DNA from: an uncultured Vicinamibacterales bacterium
Lineage (GTDB): Bacteria > Acidobacteriota > Vicinamibacteria > Vicinamibacterales > JAKQTR01
NCBI GenBank assembly: GCA_964372095.1
Contig: CAYJPV010000011.1
Coordinates: 14,252 to 78,251 of the forward strand
DNA: 64,000 nt
Reading direction: 5' to 3'
The notes below the pieces were generated by a model. It saw only the letters and a program-made list of their open reading frames with translations. It was not told the DNA's origin and did no database searches. Both the position numbers and the translations under genes were made by a program. Positions 35,580 through 45,339 of this stretch are shown piece after piece (position 1 is the stretch's first letter; the number at the start of each line of letters is the position of its first letter).

Positions 35580-38500
35580 TTAATCGTCAACAACCCGGCG
35601 CTCTTGACCGCCTGCAACCCACCGCTCCAGCGCGGCCGCCAGTTCGGCCCGCGAAACCGGCTTGGACAGGCAGGCATCCATCCCGGATTCGAAACACCGC
35701 GTCACGTCGTCGGGCATGGCGCTGGCCGTCATTGCCACGATCGGAAGGTGACGCAAGGCAGTTTCGCGAGCGCGGATGGCCCGCGTCGCTTCATAGCCGT
35801 CCATGACCGCCATCTGGCAGTCCATCAACACGAGGTCGTAGTGGACTCGGTCCACGGCCTCAACCGCCTCCGCGCCGTTCTGCACAACGTCGGACCGGTA
35901 ACCCAGACGCTGCAGCGTCCTGACGGCGACAGCCTGGTTCATCAGGTTGTCCTCGGCAATCAGGATCCGGCCCCGTCTCTGCGAGGGTGCGCCGGCCGCG
36001 TGAGGGGACGGCGACACGGCAGGTGCTGGTTGGACTTCCCGGCCCAGGGCGTGAGCCACCGTGCGGGGCAGTCTGGACTGGCGAATCGGCTTCGACAAGA
36101 TGCCGGCCAGCCCGTCCTGCGCCAGGGATGACCGGCGACGGGCGTCCGCGGCAACCACGAGAGGCAGCGTAGCAAACCGGGGAACGTCTCGAATCTCCCG
36201 CAGCAGCTTATCGACGTCCCCGTCCCCGGCGTCAAGCAGCACCATGTCCGCTACCCGTTGGTCGCCCCACGTCCGGCCGGCATCGGACGCCGACGCGGAC
36301 GCGGCCACTTCGACGCCCAGGGCTTCGAGGTGCTGCGTCAGCAGCGCGCGCCCGTCTTCCCGTTCGGCAACGAGCAGCACTTTCACGCCGGACAACTCCG
36401 GGGCGATCCAGGTCGCGCCATCGTCGCACCGCTTCAGCCGAACGGTGAACCAGAACGTCGCGCCCTGCGCCTCCCCGCCGTGCACGCCGATTTCACCGTC
36501 CATCAGTTCAACGAGTCGCCGCGAGATGGCAAGGCCCAGGCCCGTGCCGCCGTAACGGCGCGTCGTCGACGCATCAGCCTGGGCGAACGGCTGAAAGAGC
36601 CTGCGCTGGACCTCGGGGGTGACCCCGATGCCCGTGTCGATCACCTCGACGCGAAGCCGGACGGCGTCGTCGGACTCGCCCGCAAAGCTGGTCTTCACGA
36701 CCACACTGCCGCTGTCGGTGAACTTCACGGCGTTCCCGACCAGGTTGAGCACCACCTGCCTGAGCCGCCCGGAATCGCCGAGCAGCCGGGGCGGAACCTG
36801 CGCGTCGGTGAAGCCGGCCAGTTCCAGCCCCTTGCGATAGGCCTGCTCTCCCAGCAGGTCGAGCACGTCTTCGCTGACGGTCCTCGGGTCGAACGGCGCG
36901 GCTTCCAGCGTCAAACGGCCTGACTCGATCCTCGAAAAGTCCAGAACGTCGTTGATGATCAGCAAGAGGGCCTCGCCTGAACTACGAATCGACCCGACGC
37001 ACTCGCGCTGCTCGTCCGACAACGAGGTGTCGGCCAGCAGGTTGGTCATGCCGAGGACACCGTTCATCGGAGTCCTGATCTCGTGGCTCATCATGGCCAG
37101 GAATTCGCTCTTGACCCGGGCTGCCGCGACGGCTTCGTCACGCGCGACGCGCAGTTCGGCAGACTGTTGTTCCAGCGCGGCAGCTTGCCGGCGGGTTTCG
37201 TTCCGGGAGGCTTCGAGACTGGCCGTTCGTTCCTGCACCTTGCGGTCAAGGTCCACGAGTAGATCTTCAAGCCGCAGGTGCAGCTCACGCCGCTGCGCGA
37301 CTTCCATCTGGAGCTCTTCGTACGACGCCGCCAGCCTCGCGCTCAGATCGGCGACGTCGTCTGCCAGTTGGGCGACTTCCGTGGGCGCGTCCACGAGCGT
37401 CAATCGCTCTCCCGCGCGGTTTCGGCCCCTTTCGAAGTCCTGCAGGAACTTCACGACCTGCTCGAGGGAGGCGGTCACGTTGCGGGCGTGAAGACCCGCC
37501 ATGGCAATGGACAGGAGAATCCCCGCGCCCAGCCAGGCAAGCGCAAACAGGTAATACCGGTCCATCTGCGCGCGGACGACCGCCTCTGGTTGGGAGACGA
37601 AGATCTCCCAATCCACCAGCAACGTCTTCGCGCGACCCACCAGCAGCGGGGTGGCAGCCTTTCCGCCTTCGCCGTGCCCTGAGTACGAGAAGACGGGTTT
37701 CCCGGTGAGGGCCGCCGACACCAGCGGGTCCGACGCAAAGGGCCGCAGCGGCTGATACCCGAGCGACTCGCTGGAGTAGACGACACGGTATTGTTTGTCG
37801 AGGATGATGACGGTTGCCTGCGACAGGCTTCGGAAGTGCTCCTCGACGCGCCGAAACCGGCCCAGGTCCAGGGACCCTTCGACAATGCCGCGCGGCCGTC
37901 CGTCCGCGCCGAACACCGGCGCGCTGATGGCAACGATGGGATCCGAACCGAAGCCGCGCCCGAGCAGGGCGTCCGATACGAACGCACGACCGCTCGTCAT
38001 GGGCCCTCTGAAATAGGGACGGTCGGCCACGTTCAGCGCGGCAGCGCCCCCGACCGGCGCTTGCAGCAATGCCGGATCCACGGCGACAATCTGCCCGCTG
38101 GCGTCAGCCGCCAGCATGGTCAGAAACCCCTCATAGAAGGGGTGCTGGATTCGAAGGTCCCTCGCGAGGGCCGCCGCGAGGTCACCTTCGAACGGCACCG
38201 TCGCGGCGATCGCCGAGACCGCGCGCAGGTGTTCGCCCACGTAGCCGTCCACATCACGCGAGATCGCCTCTGCCGATTCCTGCAGGCGCACCGCCGCCTG
38301 CTGGTGCCGCCGTTGTCCTTCGGTGCCTCCGGTCACGAGGGTGAGAAACAGCAAGGGCACCGCCGTGACAACCAGAAACGCCTTGAGAATACGAACCTTC
38401 AGCGTCCTGGTCGGAGCGGGTGACCAGATCTTGTCCGCAATGTGTCCGATGGCTGGAACGGTCAGGATGAACTCGACGAGCAGCAGGTTCAGCAGGCCGT

Positions 38501-38909
38501 TGACCCCGTACTTGAAGGCGACGGTCCAGCTCGCGAGCACGGACTGGCCGAACCCCACGATCAGCCCTCCGGCAATGGCCGGGATGCCCAACAGGCCCCA
38601 GAAGAGGCCCGCGGCGGCCATCGGTCGCCAGCCACGCCGAATCAGCGTCCCGACGCAGGCCGCCTCCAGAACCGAGGCCACGGCCCCGACCGGGTGTTTC
38701 CAGGCCAGAACCGTGCGGCTGGCTGCGATGCCGGTGGCCAACACCCCATGAATGGGCTTATCGCGAACGACGACGAACAGCGTGATCACGCCGCCGAAAA
38801 CGAAGAGGAGATCCTCCCGGAAACGCAGCGGGTATCCGTTCAGGACAAACCCAGCGAGACCGGCCGTCACAGCATACGCCAGCGTCCTGGACGACGACTT
38901 CCAGTTCAT
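35580..38909 (-). CDS. Hybrid sensor histidine kinase (multi-TM, Cache-like, HAMP, HisKA, HATPase, 2 REC domains)
   Basis: ATG 38909 (alternative 38963). H-box [33 protein letters not shown]. Terminal [14 protein letters not shown] ... [13 protein letters not shown]. Confidence 0.9.
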   Translation of the reverse strand: MNWKSSSRTLAYAVTAGLAGFVLNGYPLRFREDLLFVFGGVITLFVVVRDKPIHGVLATGIAASRTVLAWKHPVGAVASVLEAACVGTLIRRGWRPMAAAGLFWGLLGIPAIAGGLIVGFGQSVLASWTVAFKYGVNGLLNLLLVEFILTVPAIGHIADKIWSPAPTRTLKVRILKAFLVVTAVPLLFLTLVTGGTEGQRRHQQAAVRLQESAEAISRDVDGYVGEHLRAVSAIAATVPFEGDLAAALARDLRIQHPFYEGFLTMLAADASGQIVAVDPALLQAPVGGAAALNVADRPYFRGPMTSGRAFVSDALLGRGFGSDPIVAISAPVFGADGRPRGIVEGSLDLGRFRRVEEHFRSLSQATVIILDKQYRVVYSSESLGYQPLRPFASDPLVSAALTGKPVFSYSGHGEGGKAATPLLVGRAKTLLVDWEIFVSQPEAVVRAQMDRYYLFALAWLGAGILLSIAMAGLHARNVTASLEQVVKFLQDFERGRNRAGERLTLVDAPTEVAQLADDVADLSARLAASYEELQMEVAQRRELHLRLEDLLVDLDRKVQERTASLEASRNETRRQAAALEQQSAELRVARDEAVAAARVKSEFLAMMSHEIRTPMNGVLGMTNLLADTSLSDEQRECVGSIRSSGEALLLIINDVLDFSRIESGRLTLEAAPFDPRTVSEDVLDLLGEQAYRKGLELAGFTDAQVPPRLLGDSGRLRQVVLNLVGNAVKFTDSGSVVVKTSFAGESDDAVRLRVEVIDTGIGVTPEVQRRLFQPFAQADASTTRRYGGTGLGLAISRRLVELMDGEIGVHGGEAQGATFWFTVRLKRCDDGATWIAPELSGVKVLLVAEREDGRALLTQHLEALGVEVAASASASDAGRTWGDQRVADMVLLDAGDGDVDKLLREIRDVPRFATLPLVVAADARRRSSLAQDGLAGILSKPIRQSRLPRTVAHALGREVQPAPAVSPSPHAAGAPSQRRGRILIAEDNLMNQAVAVRTLQRLGYRSDVVQNGAEAVEAVDRVHYDLVLMDCQMAVMDGYEATRAIRARETALRHLPIVAMTASAMPDDVTRCFESGMDACLSKPVSRAELAAALERWVAGGQERRVVDD

Positions 38910-38979
38910 GCACGAATCCCTGTAGACACGAAGGAGCACTCGGGGCCGGCCCCGCCGGGTCAATCGGCCAATCGGTTCC

Positions 38980-38991
38980 TGTTCATGAACA
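38980..38991. promoter_or_regulatory. Perfect 12-bp palindrome TGTTCATGAACA in a divergent promoter region
   Basis: Seen directly between the hybrid kinase and ECF sigma starts. Function unknown. Confidence 0.25.
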
Positions 38992-39032
38992 TCCGGCTAA
39001 CCAACCGCCGGGGTTGTCGTCTAATGAACTGA

Positions 39033-39599
39033 ATGGACGGCACCGACGCTGACGTGGTCGCCCTGGTCCAGCGCGGCAACCACGACGCATTCCGCATTCT
39101 CGTCGAACGGCACAGCCGGGCCGTCTTCCGAGTCGCTTACCGCCTCACGGGGCGGGAAGAAGACGCAGACGACGTGGTCCAGGAGGCGTTTCTGCGGGCG
39201 TTTCGCCAACTCGGGCGCTTCGAATCCCGTTCGAGTTTCGCGACGTGGCTCTACCGGATCGCCTTCAATTGCGCGCACGACCTCCTGCGGCAGCGGCCGA
39301 AACAGGGGTCCCGGGCGTCCCTGGACGACGAGGACGACCGGAGACGCATCGAACTGGCGGACACGTCGCCAGCAGCAGATCCGGCCCAGGTGCTGGCGGC
39401 CCGGCGGCTCAACGTCCGCCTTCGGCAGGCTATGGACGAACTGACCAGCCAGGAACGGGCGGCCTTCGTCATGCGCCATTACGAAGGGTTGTCCATCGAG
39501 GAAATCGGGCGGGCGCTCGACCTCGGGGCCAGCGCAGCCAAACACAGCGTCTTCCGCGCCGTGCGGAAACTGCGGGTGTCGCTGGCCCAGAGTACGTGA
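39033..39599 (+). CDS. ECF-type RNA polymerase sigma factor
   Basis: 188 aa. DADDVVQEAFLRAFRQLGRFESRSSFATWLYRIAFN. Region 4 MRHYEGLSIEEIGRALDLGASAAKHSVFRAVRKL. Confidence 0.9.
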   Translation: MDGTDADVVALVQRGNHDAFRILVERHSRAVFRVAYRLTGREEDADDVVQEAFLRAFRQLGRFESRSSFATWLYRIAFNCAHDLLRQRPKQGSRASLDDEDDRRRIELADTSPAADPAQVLAARRLNVRLRQAMDELTSQERAAFVMRHYEGLSIEEIGRALDLGASAAKHSVFRAVRKLRVSLAQST

Positions 39600-39605
39600 C
39601 CGACC

Positions 39606-39635
39606 GTACGTAGCCCCGGACCTTCAGGTCCGGGG
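39606..39635. repeat. REP-like palindrome (type A)
   Basis: gtacgtagccccggaccttcaggtccgggg. Confidence 0.9.
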
Positions 39636-39653
39636 AAGACAGGCAACGCAACC

Positions 39654-40442
39654 ATGCCACACCCCGAAGACGACGAGCTTGTCATGCATGCCTACGGTGA
39701 AGGAGACGACGCGGCTGCGGTCGAAGCCCACCTCGCGACGTGCGCCGGCTGCAGGGAACGTCTCGCCGATCTGCGGCGGGACCTCTCGACGATGTCGGCC
39801 ATCGAGGTGCCTGAACGCGGCGACGACTACGGGGCGCAGGTGTGGGCGCGCCTTCAGCCGAAGCTCGCCACTGCCGCCCGCCGCCCGGGCGTGGCCGAGT
39901 GGCTGTTCGGCAGCATGCCCTGGCCGCGCCTGGCGCTGGCAGGTGGCGTGGCCGCGCTGGTCCTCGTCGCATTCGTCGCCGGGCGATACACCCAGGCACC
40001 GGCGCCGGCGGCCCCTGCCGTGGCCGAAGCGTCGCCTGCCGTCGTGAAAGAACGGATCCTGCTCGTCGCCGTGGGCGATCACCTGGAACGATCGCGCATG
40101 GTCCTGGCGGAGATCCTGAACCAGCCAGACGCTGACGCCGCCGACCTGATTCCGGAGCAGGCAGCGGCCGAGGACCTGGTCGCAACCAACCGGCTCTATC
40201 GCCAGACAGCGCTCGAGAGCGGTCACCCAGCGATGGCGTCGACACTGGAAGAACTCGAACGTGTCCTCGTGGAGATCGCCAACGGCCGCGACACGGCGAC
40301 CACCAGCGACCTCACCAGGTTGCGGGAACGGATTGAATCACAGGGACTGATTTTCAAAGTCACGGTTCTCGGCACGCAGGTTCGCCAGCGGCAGCGGGAT
40401 GTCTCCGCAGCGCCGGCAACCGGTTCGAAATCGTCGACGTAA
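39654..40442 (+). CDS. Anti-sigma factor (zf-HC2 N-terminus, one TM helix)
   Basis: The HLATCAGCRERLADL motif, the TM helix LALAGGVAALVLVAFVAG, and its position directly after the ECF sigma gene. Confidence 0.75.
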   Translation: MPHPEDDELVMHAYGEGDDAAAVEAHLATCAGCRERLADLRRDLSTMSAIEVPERGDDYGAQVWARLQPKLATAARRPGVAEWLFGSMPWPRLALAGGVAALVLVAFVAGRYTQAPAPAAPAVAEASPAVVKERILLVAVGDHLERSRMVLAEILNQPDADAADLIPEQAAAEDLVATNRLYRQTALESGHPAMASTLEELERVLVEIANGRDTATTSDLTRLRERIESQGLIFKVTVLGTQVRQRQRDVSAAPATGSKSST

Positions 40443-40445
40443 CGG

Positions 40446-41897
40446 ATGGATGCCATGCACACACTGACTCGAATCACGTTGTCTGCCCTGCTCTGCGGGG
40501 CGCTCGGCGCAACCGCCTGGGCGCAGACCGCGCCGGTCGCTCCCGTCAGACCGGCCGCCCCGGTGGCACCCGTCGCGCCCGTCCTGGCCGAGACTCTGGC
40601 GTACGAAGCCGCCGCATTGGCCGACACCCACCTCGCGATCGAAGCGGAAGCCCTCGCGCTCGCCCGGGTTGCTGCCGGAACGATGGCGTTCGCGGACCAG
40701 GACCAGAGCGCCAAAGAACGGGAAGCACAGCGGACCCGCGAACTGGCCGCACGGGAGCAGGAGCGTGCGGCCCGGGACGCATCCCGCGACCGCTCGCTGT
40801 ACTCGAGGGGAACCGCCGCGCTCGACGCGGGCCGTTGGAGCCGGGCCGTCGAAGCGTTCGCGGCTGCCGCCGAACTGAAAGGCTCGCGAGCGGACGGCGC
40901 CCTCTACTGGAAGGCGTACGCCGAGTACAAGCTGGCACAGAAGGCCGCCGCCCTGGCCACCCTGCAGCAACTCAAGGCAGCCTACCCCGAAAGCCCCTGG
41001 CTGAAAGAAAGCCGCGCGCTCGAAGTCGAGATGTCGGGTTCGGCGGCGGCGACGGAAGCGACGGCGTCTGACGAAGAGCTGAAACTGCTGGCCATCAACG
41101 GGTTGATGCGCGTGGAAGACGAGCGGGCCATCCCGATGCTCGAGAAGATCCTGACCTCGCAGCAGTCGCCCCAGCTGAAGAAACGCGCGCTGTTCGTCCT
41201 GTCCCAGAGCAAGTCACCGAAAGCGCGCGACGCCGTGCTGGGCATCGCCAAGGGCGCGTCCAATCCGGACCTGCAACTGGAGGCGCTGCGGTACGTGGCG
41301 ATGTTCGGCGGGACGCAGAACCTGCAGGTCCTCAGCGACATCTACACATCCTCGAAGGACGTGGACGTCAAGCGGCGCATCCTCGAGGCCTACATGATCG
41401 GCGGGCAGCGGGAGCTGGTGCTGAACGCGGCCCGGTCGGAATCCGACAGTGCCCTTCGCGCGCAGGCCGTGCGGCTGCTGGGCGCGATGCGCGCGACAGC
41501 CGAACTCGACAAGCTCTATCAGGCCGAGTCGTCGGCCGAGGTCAAGCGAGCCGTCATCGAAGCCTACATGGCCGGCGGCGACGCCGAACGCCTCGCCCAC
41601 GTGGCTCAGAACGACAAGGACGCCGCCATGAGGCTCCGTGCCATCGAGATGCTGGGCGCGCTGGGCCGCGGCAAGAACACCGCGGTCATGACCGGCCTCT
41701 ACTACGCCGACGGCCAGAACAACGACGCAAAACGCGCCGTGATCAACGGTCTCTTCATGGCGGGCGACGCAACGACGCTCATCGACATCGCGCGCAAAGA
41801 AACGGATCCCGCGTTGCGCAAGTCACTCGTGGAACGCCTCAGCCTCATGAAGTCCAAGGAAGCCACGGACTTTCTGATGGAGATCATCAACAAGTAG
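40446..41897 (+). CDS. Secreted HEAT/TPR-repeat protein
   Basis: Signal peptide ITLSALLCGALGATAWAQ. Repeated units such as VRLLGAMR, AIEMLGAL and A..AL... of PBS-lyase HEAT type. Confidence 0.75.
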   Translation: MDAMHTLTRITLSALLCGALGATAWAQTAPVAPVRPAAPVAPVAPVLAETLAYEAAALADTHLAIEAEALALARVAAGTMAFADQDQSAKEREAQRTRELAAREQERAARDASRDRSLYSRGTAALDAGRWSRAVEAFAAAAELKGSRADGALYWKAYAEYKLAQKAAALATLQQLKAAYPESPWLKESRALEVEMSGSAAATEATASDEELKLLAINGLMRVEDERAIPMLEKILTSQQSPQLKKRALFVLSQSKSPKARDAVLGIAKGASNPDLQLEALRYVAMFGGTQNLQVLSDIYTSSKDVDVKRRILEAYMIGGQRELVLNAARSESDSALRAQAVRLLGAMRATAELDKLYQAESSAEVKRAVIEAYMAGGDAERLAHVAQNDKDAAMRLRAIEMLGALGRGKNTAVMTGLYYADGQNNDAKRAVINGLFMAGDATTLIDIARKETDPALRKSLVERLSLMKSKEATDFLMEIINK

Positions 41898-42002
41898 GGA
41901 CTAGGGACAAGGGACAAGGGACAGGAGGCGAGGGGCGCGGGGGTTGCCCCTTGCCCCTTGCCCCTTGACCCTAGTCCCACGCCCCACGCCCCACGCCCCA
42001 CG
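41897..42002. repeat. Composite heptamer arrays (GGGACAA)n / (CCCCTTG)n / (CCCCACG)n
   Basis: gggactagggacaagggacaagggaca ... ccccttgccccttgccccttg ... cacgccccacgccccacgccccacgg. Confidence 0.9.
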
Positions 42003-42013
42003 GAGAGGTGTCT

Positions 42014-43093
42014 ATGAAACGCACGACAACCGTGCTCTCGCTTGCGGTGTGCCTGCTGGCGGCCGCATCGGCTCCCGCCATCGCGCAGCCGCACCTCGTC
42101 AACGGGTCCGTCACGACGCGGGCCTCCGGGGGCAGCCTGGGCGCCGACCTGTCCGCCATCGCTGCCCGGGAAGGCGGCGTCCTCTGGGTGGGTTACGGCG
42201 TGCCGGCGAACAAAGCCGGCCAGGACGTCTGCTGCCATGAGTACCGCGGCAACGCGCCGGTCTCGGAGGGCTGCCGCCTGGAGAGGGGCGCCGACCACGC
42301 CGGGCGGGCCGGCACGGACGCGGGCAAGGCGCGCCTCGAGCCGTCGACCGAACTCGCCGTCTTCGTCCGATTCGAAGGCGGCGTGTTCAGCCGGGCGGCG
42401 GCATTCTCGCAGGATTGTGAGATCGATGCCGGAGGCACTCGGGTGATATGGCTGAACGGCGTGAAGCCGGCGGACAGCCTGGCCTGGCTGACGGACCGGG
42501 CCAGGAAGGAGACCGGTGACACACGCGGCCGGGACGGCGTGATCATGGCCGTGGCGTTTCACGCGGATGGCGGAGCGGACCGCGCGCTCGAGGACCTGGC
42601 CTTGTCGGGGCCGTCACGCAAGGTCCAGCAGTCGGCCGTGTTCTGGATGGGGGCCGCGCGCGGCGCGGCGGGATTCGGCGGGCTCAAGCGGGCCCTGGCC
42701 CAGGTGACCGACGTCAAACTCCGCGAGCAGGTTGTGTTTGCCGTGTCCGTGAGCAAGGAAGCCGGCGCGCTCGACCTGTTGCTGGACGTGGCCCGCAACG
42801 ACCGCCAGCCACAGGTGCGCGGGCAGGCGTTGTTCTGGCTCGGTCAGAAAGCCGGCGCGCGGGTGGCCGACACGATTGTTGGTGCCCTGCAGAACGACCC
42901 GGACATCGAGGTGAAGAAACGTGCGGTCTTCGCGCTGAGCCAGTTGCCCAAAGACGAGGGCATCCCGAAGCTGATCGAAATCGCCCGCACGAACAAGAAC
43001 CCCGAGGTCCGCAAGCAGGCGATGTTCTGGCTCGGCCAGTCCAAGGATCCGCGGGCACTCACCTTCTTCGAGGGGATTCTCTCCGGGAAGTAG
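42014..43093 (+). CDS. Secreted protein with C-terminal HEAT repeats
   Basis: ATG 42014 after GGAGAGG. Signal peptide LSLAVCLLAAASAPAIAQ. C-terminal repeats VRGQALFWLGQ, KKRAVFALSQL, VRKQAMFWLGQ. Confidence 0.75.
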   Translation: MKRTTTVLSLAVCLLAAASAPAIAQPHLVNGSVTTRASGGSLGADLSAIAAREGGVLWVGYGVPANKAGQDVCCHEYRGNAPVSEGCRLERGADHAGRAGTDAGKARLEPSTELAVFVRFEGGVFSRAAAFSQDCEIDAGGTRVIWLNGVKPADSLAWLTDRARKETGDTRGRDGVIMAVAFHADGGADRALEDLALSGPSRKVQQSAVFWMGAARGAAGFGGLKRALAQVTDVKLREQVVFAVSVSKEAGALDLLLDVARNDRQPQVRGQALFWLGQKAGARVADTIVGALQNDPDIEVKKRAVFALSQLPKDEGIPKLIEIARTNKNPEVRKQAMFWLGQSKDPRALTFFEGILSGK

Positions 43094-43220
43094 GGGGTCA
43101 GTAGACAGTAGTCAGTAGGCAGTAGACGGCCGTCGACAGATGGCAGGGAGCTCTGTGGGGATTGGGGACTGGGTCGCCTTTCCCCAATCCCCAATCCCCA
43201 ATCCCCAATCCCCAATCCCT
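43092..43220. repeat. Composite arrays (GTAGNCA)n, then a GGGGATT/CCCCAAT inverted pair
   Basis: 43092-43127 is gtagggggtcagtagacagtagtcagtaggcagtaga. A perfect 12-bp hairpin ggggattgggga/tccccaatcccc forms at 43157-43191. (CCCCAAT)n continues to 43220. Confidence 0.9.
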
Positions 43221-45264
43221 AGTTCTTAGTCCACCGTCCCATCCACTCGAGGAACGTGCGATACCAGAGCGCGGCGTTCTGCGGCTTGTTGATCCAGTGC
43301 CCCTCATCCGGGAAGATCAGCAGTCGCGACGGGATGCCCTGGCGCTGGAGCGTCGTGAAAAGCTGGATGCCTTCGCCAACGGGCACGCGGTAGTCGATCT
43401 CGCCGTGGGTCACGAGCGTCGGAGTCTTGAAGTTCTTCGCGTACATGTGCGGCGACCACTTCTCGTACGCTTCTCGGTTGTCCCAGGGCGTGCCGCCCAG
43501 ATCCCACTCGGGGAACCACAACTCTTCGGTGACGCCGTACATGCTGGTCAGGTTGAAGACACCCGCATGGCTCACGAGCGCTTTGAAGCGGTCGGTGTGG
43601 CCCAGGAACCAGTTCATCGCGTAGCCGCCGTACGACGCGCCCGCCGCGACTTTGCGTGCCGCATCGACATAGGGCAGCTTCTCTGCCTCGTCTACGCCTT
43701 TCATCAGGTCCTCGAAGACCTTTCCGCCCCAGTCGCGGCTGATCTCGTCGGTAAAACGCTGACCGAAGCCTGTCGAGCCCCGCGGGTTGGGCGCCACGAC
43801 GACGAATCCGGCCGACGCGAACACCTGGGCGTTCCACCGGTAGGTCCAGGCATCATCCCAAGCGCCCTGCGGCCCGCCATGCACGAGGTACAGGAGCGGG
43901 TACCGGACACCCGGCTTGAACGTATTCGGCTTGATGATCCACGCCTGTATCCTGGCGCCGCCGGCCCCGTCGAACGTGATCGACTCGGCCGCCTTCAGGG
44001 CGAAGGTATTGAGGAATGCCGCGTTGACCTTCGTGACGGGCACGATGCCCGTGCCGTCGGCATTCGACTTGTAGATTTCCGACGGTCCCGTGAACGACGC
44101 GCGCGTGAATACGAGCGTCTTGCCATCGCGTGAGAGCTGCACATCGCCGTAAGACCCGCCCGATGACAGGATGGGCGTCGGCGCGCCGCCGGGCAGTTCC
44201 ACCCGGAATACGCGCACAGCCCCCTGGTCCTCCGCTGTCAGGAACACGGCGCCGGCATCCGGTGTGAACACCCACGCATCCACGGGCCGGTCGAAGTCGG
44301 GCGCCACGGTCCGCTTCACGCCCGTCGTCCGGTCCATGACGACCAGTTGCCAGAGATCGGCTTCGAATCCTGCCCGTTGCTGCATGCGCCACGAGAAGTA
44401 CTTCCCGTCCGGCGAGTACTGGGGACCGCCGTCGGCGGCGGCGTTCGCCGTCACCAGCTTCGGCGCGGCGCCTGGCACGGTCAGATCCAGCGTGAAGATG
44501 TCGCTGTTCGTGCTGATCGCCTCAACCTTGTCGGTCTTCTTCGCGAAGGCGATCTCGCGCGAGTCGGGCGAGAACGTGTAGTCTTCGGGGCCGCCCAGCG
44601 AGAAGGGCGGCACGTCGGCCGCACCCGGCGTGAGATCACGAGGCGGTTGCGACCCGTCGGCGGGCACGACAAAGAGGTGGCTGAACCGATCCTCTTTCCA
44701 GGCCGTCCAGTGGCGGAACAGCAGGCCGTCAGCGAGTTTCGCTTTGACCTTGCTCGCTTCGCGGGCCTTCAGTTCGCGTTCGTTGCACGCCAGATCCGCG
44801 CACGACGGGTACACGTCCGATACGAACGCCAGCCACTTGCTGTCAGGCGACCACGTGACGCCAGACGCCTCGGTGGCGATCGACGTCACCTTGCGCGCTT
44901 CGCCGCCGCTGGCGGCGATCACCCAGATCTGCGAATCGCCGTCTCGATTCGAAACGAAGGCCAGCCACTTGCCGTCGGGCGACCAGCGGGGCCGGTCTTC
45001 AGAGCGGTCCGTCGCCACGAACTTCACCGGGTCGCCGCCGGCCACCGGCACGACGTAGATGTCGTTGTTACGGGTGTTGGCGTCGAGGTTCACGTCGGTC
45101 AGGACGAACGCGATCTTCGTCCCGTCGGGCGACAGTTGCGGGTCAGACACGCGCTTCAGCTTCAGCATGTCTTCGACCGTGAACGCCGGCTGGGCGGTCG
45201 CGCCAGACACGGCAACGCCAAGCGCGACGGCGAGCACCACGAACATCAAGCGAACTCGGATCAT
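43219..45264 (-). CDS. Secreted S9-family serine peptidase (beta-propeller + prolyl-oligopeptidase catalytic domain)
   Basis: ATG 45264 after GGAGGG. The repeated text SPDG..IAF and WSPDGKWLAF is TolB-like. Nucleophile GASYGGY. C-terminal LIFPDEGHW. Confidence 0.9.
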   Translation of the reverse strand: MIRVRLMFVVLAVALGVAVSGATAQPAFTVEDMLKLKRVSDPQLSPDGTKIAFVLTDVNLDANTRNNDIYVVPVAGGDPVKFVATDRSEDRPRWSPDGKWLAFVSNRDGDSQIWVIAASGGEARKVTSIATEASGVTWSPDSKWLAFVSDVYPSCADLACNERELKAREASKVKAKLADGLLFRHWTAWKEDRFSHLFVVPADGSQPPRDLTPGAADVPPFSLGGPEDYTFSPDSREIAFAKKTDKVEAISTNSDIFTLDLTVPGAAPKLVTANAAADGGPQYSPDGKYFSWRMQQRAGFEADLWQLVVMDRTTGVKRTVAPDFDRPVDAWVFTPDAGAVFLTAEDQGAVRVFRVELPGGAPTPILSSGGSYGDVQLSRDGKTLVFTRASFTGPSEIYKSNADGTGIVPVTKVNAAFLNTFALKAAESITFDGAGGARIQAWIIKPNTFKPGVRYPLLYLVHGGPQGAWDDAWTYRWNAQVFASAGFVVVAPNPRGSTGFGQRFTDEISRDWGGKVFEDLMKGVDEAEKLPYVDAARKVAAGASYGGYAMNWFLGHTDRFKALVSHAGVFNLTSMYGVTEELWFPEWDLGGTPWDNREAYEKWSPHMYAKNFKTPTLVTHGEIDYRVPVGEGIQLFTTLQRQGIPSRLLIFPDEGHWINKPQNAALWYRTFLEWMGRWTKN

Positions 45265-45278
45265 CAGACAACCCTCCA

Positions 45279-45324
45279 CCCCCGGGGCAAAAGCCCCGGG
45301 GCTACGTACTGTCGGGGTACGTAC
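45279..45324. repeat. REP-like palindrome (type B) plus a GTAC-rich tail
   Basis: cccccggggcaaaagccccggggctacgtactgtcggggtacgtac. Confidence 0.9.
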
Positions 45325-45339
45325 CGAATCAGAAACACG

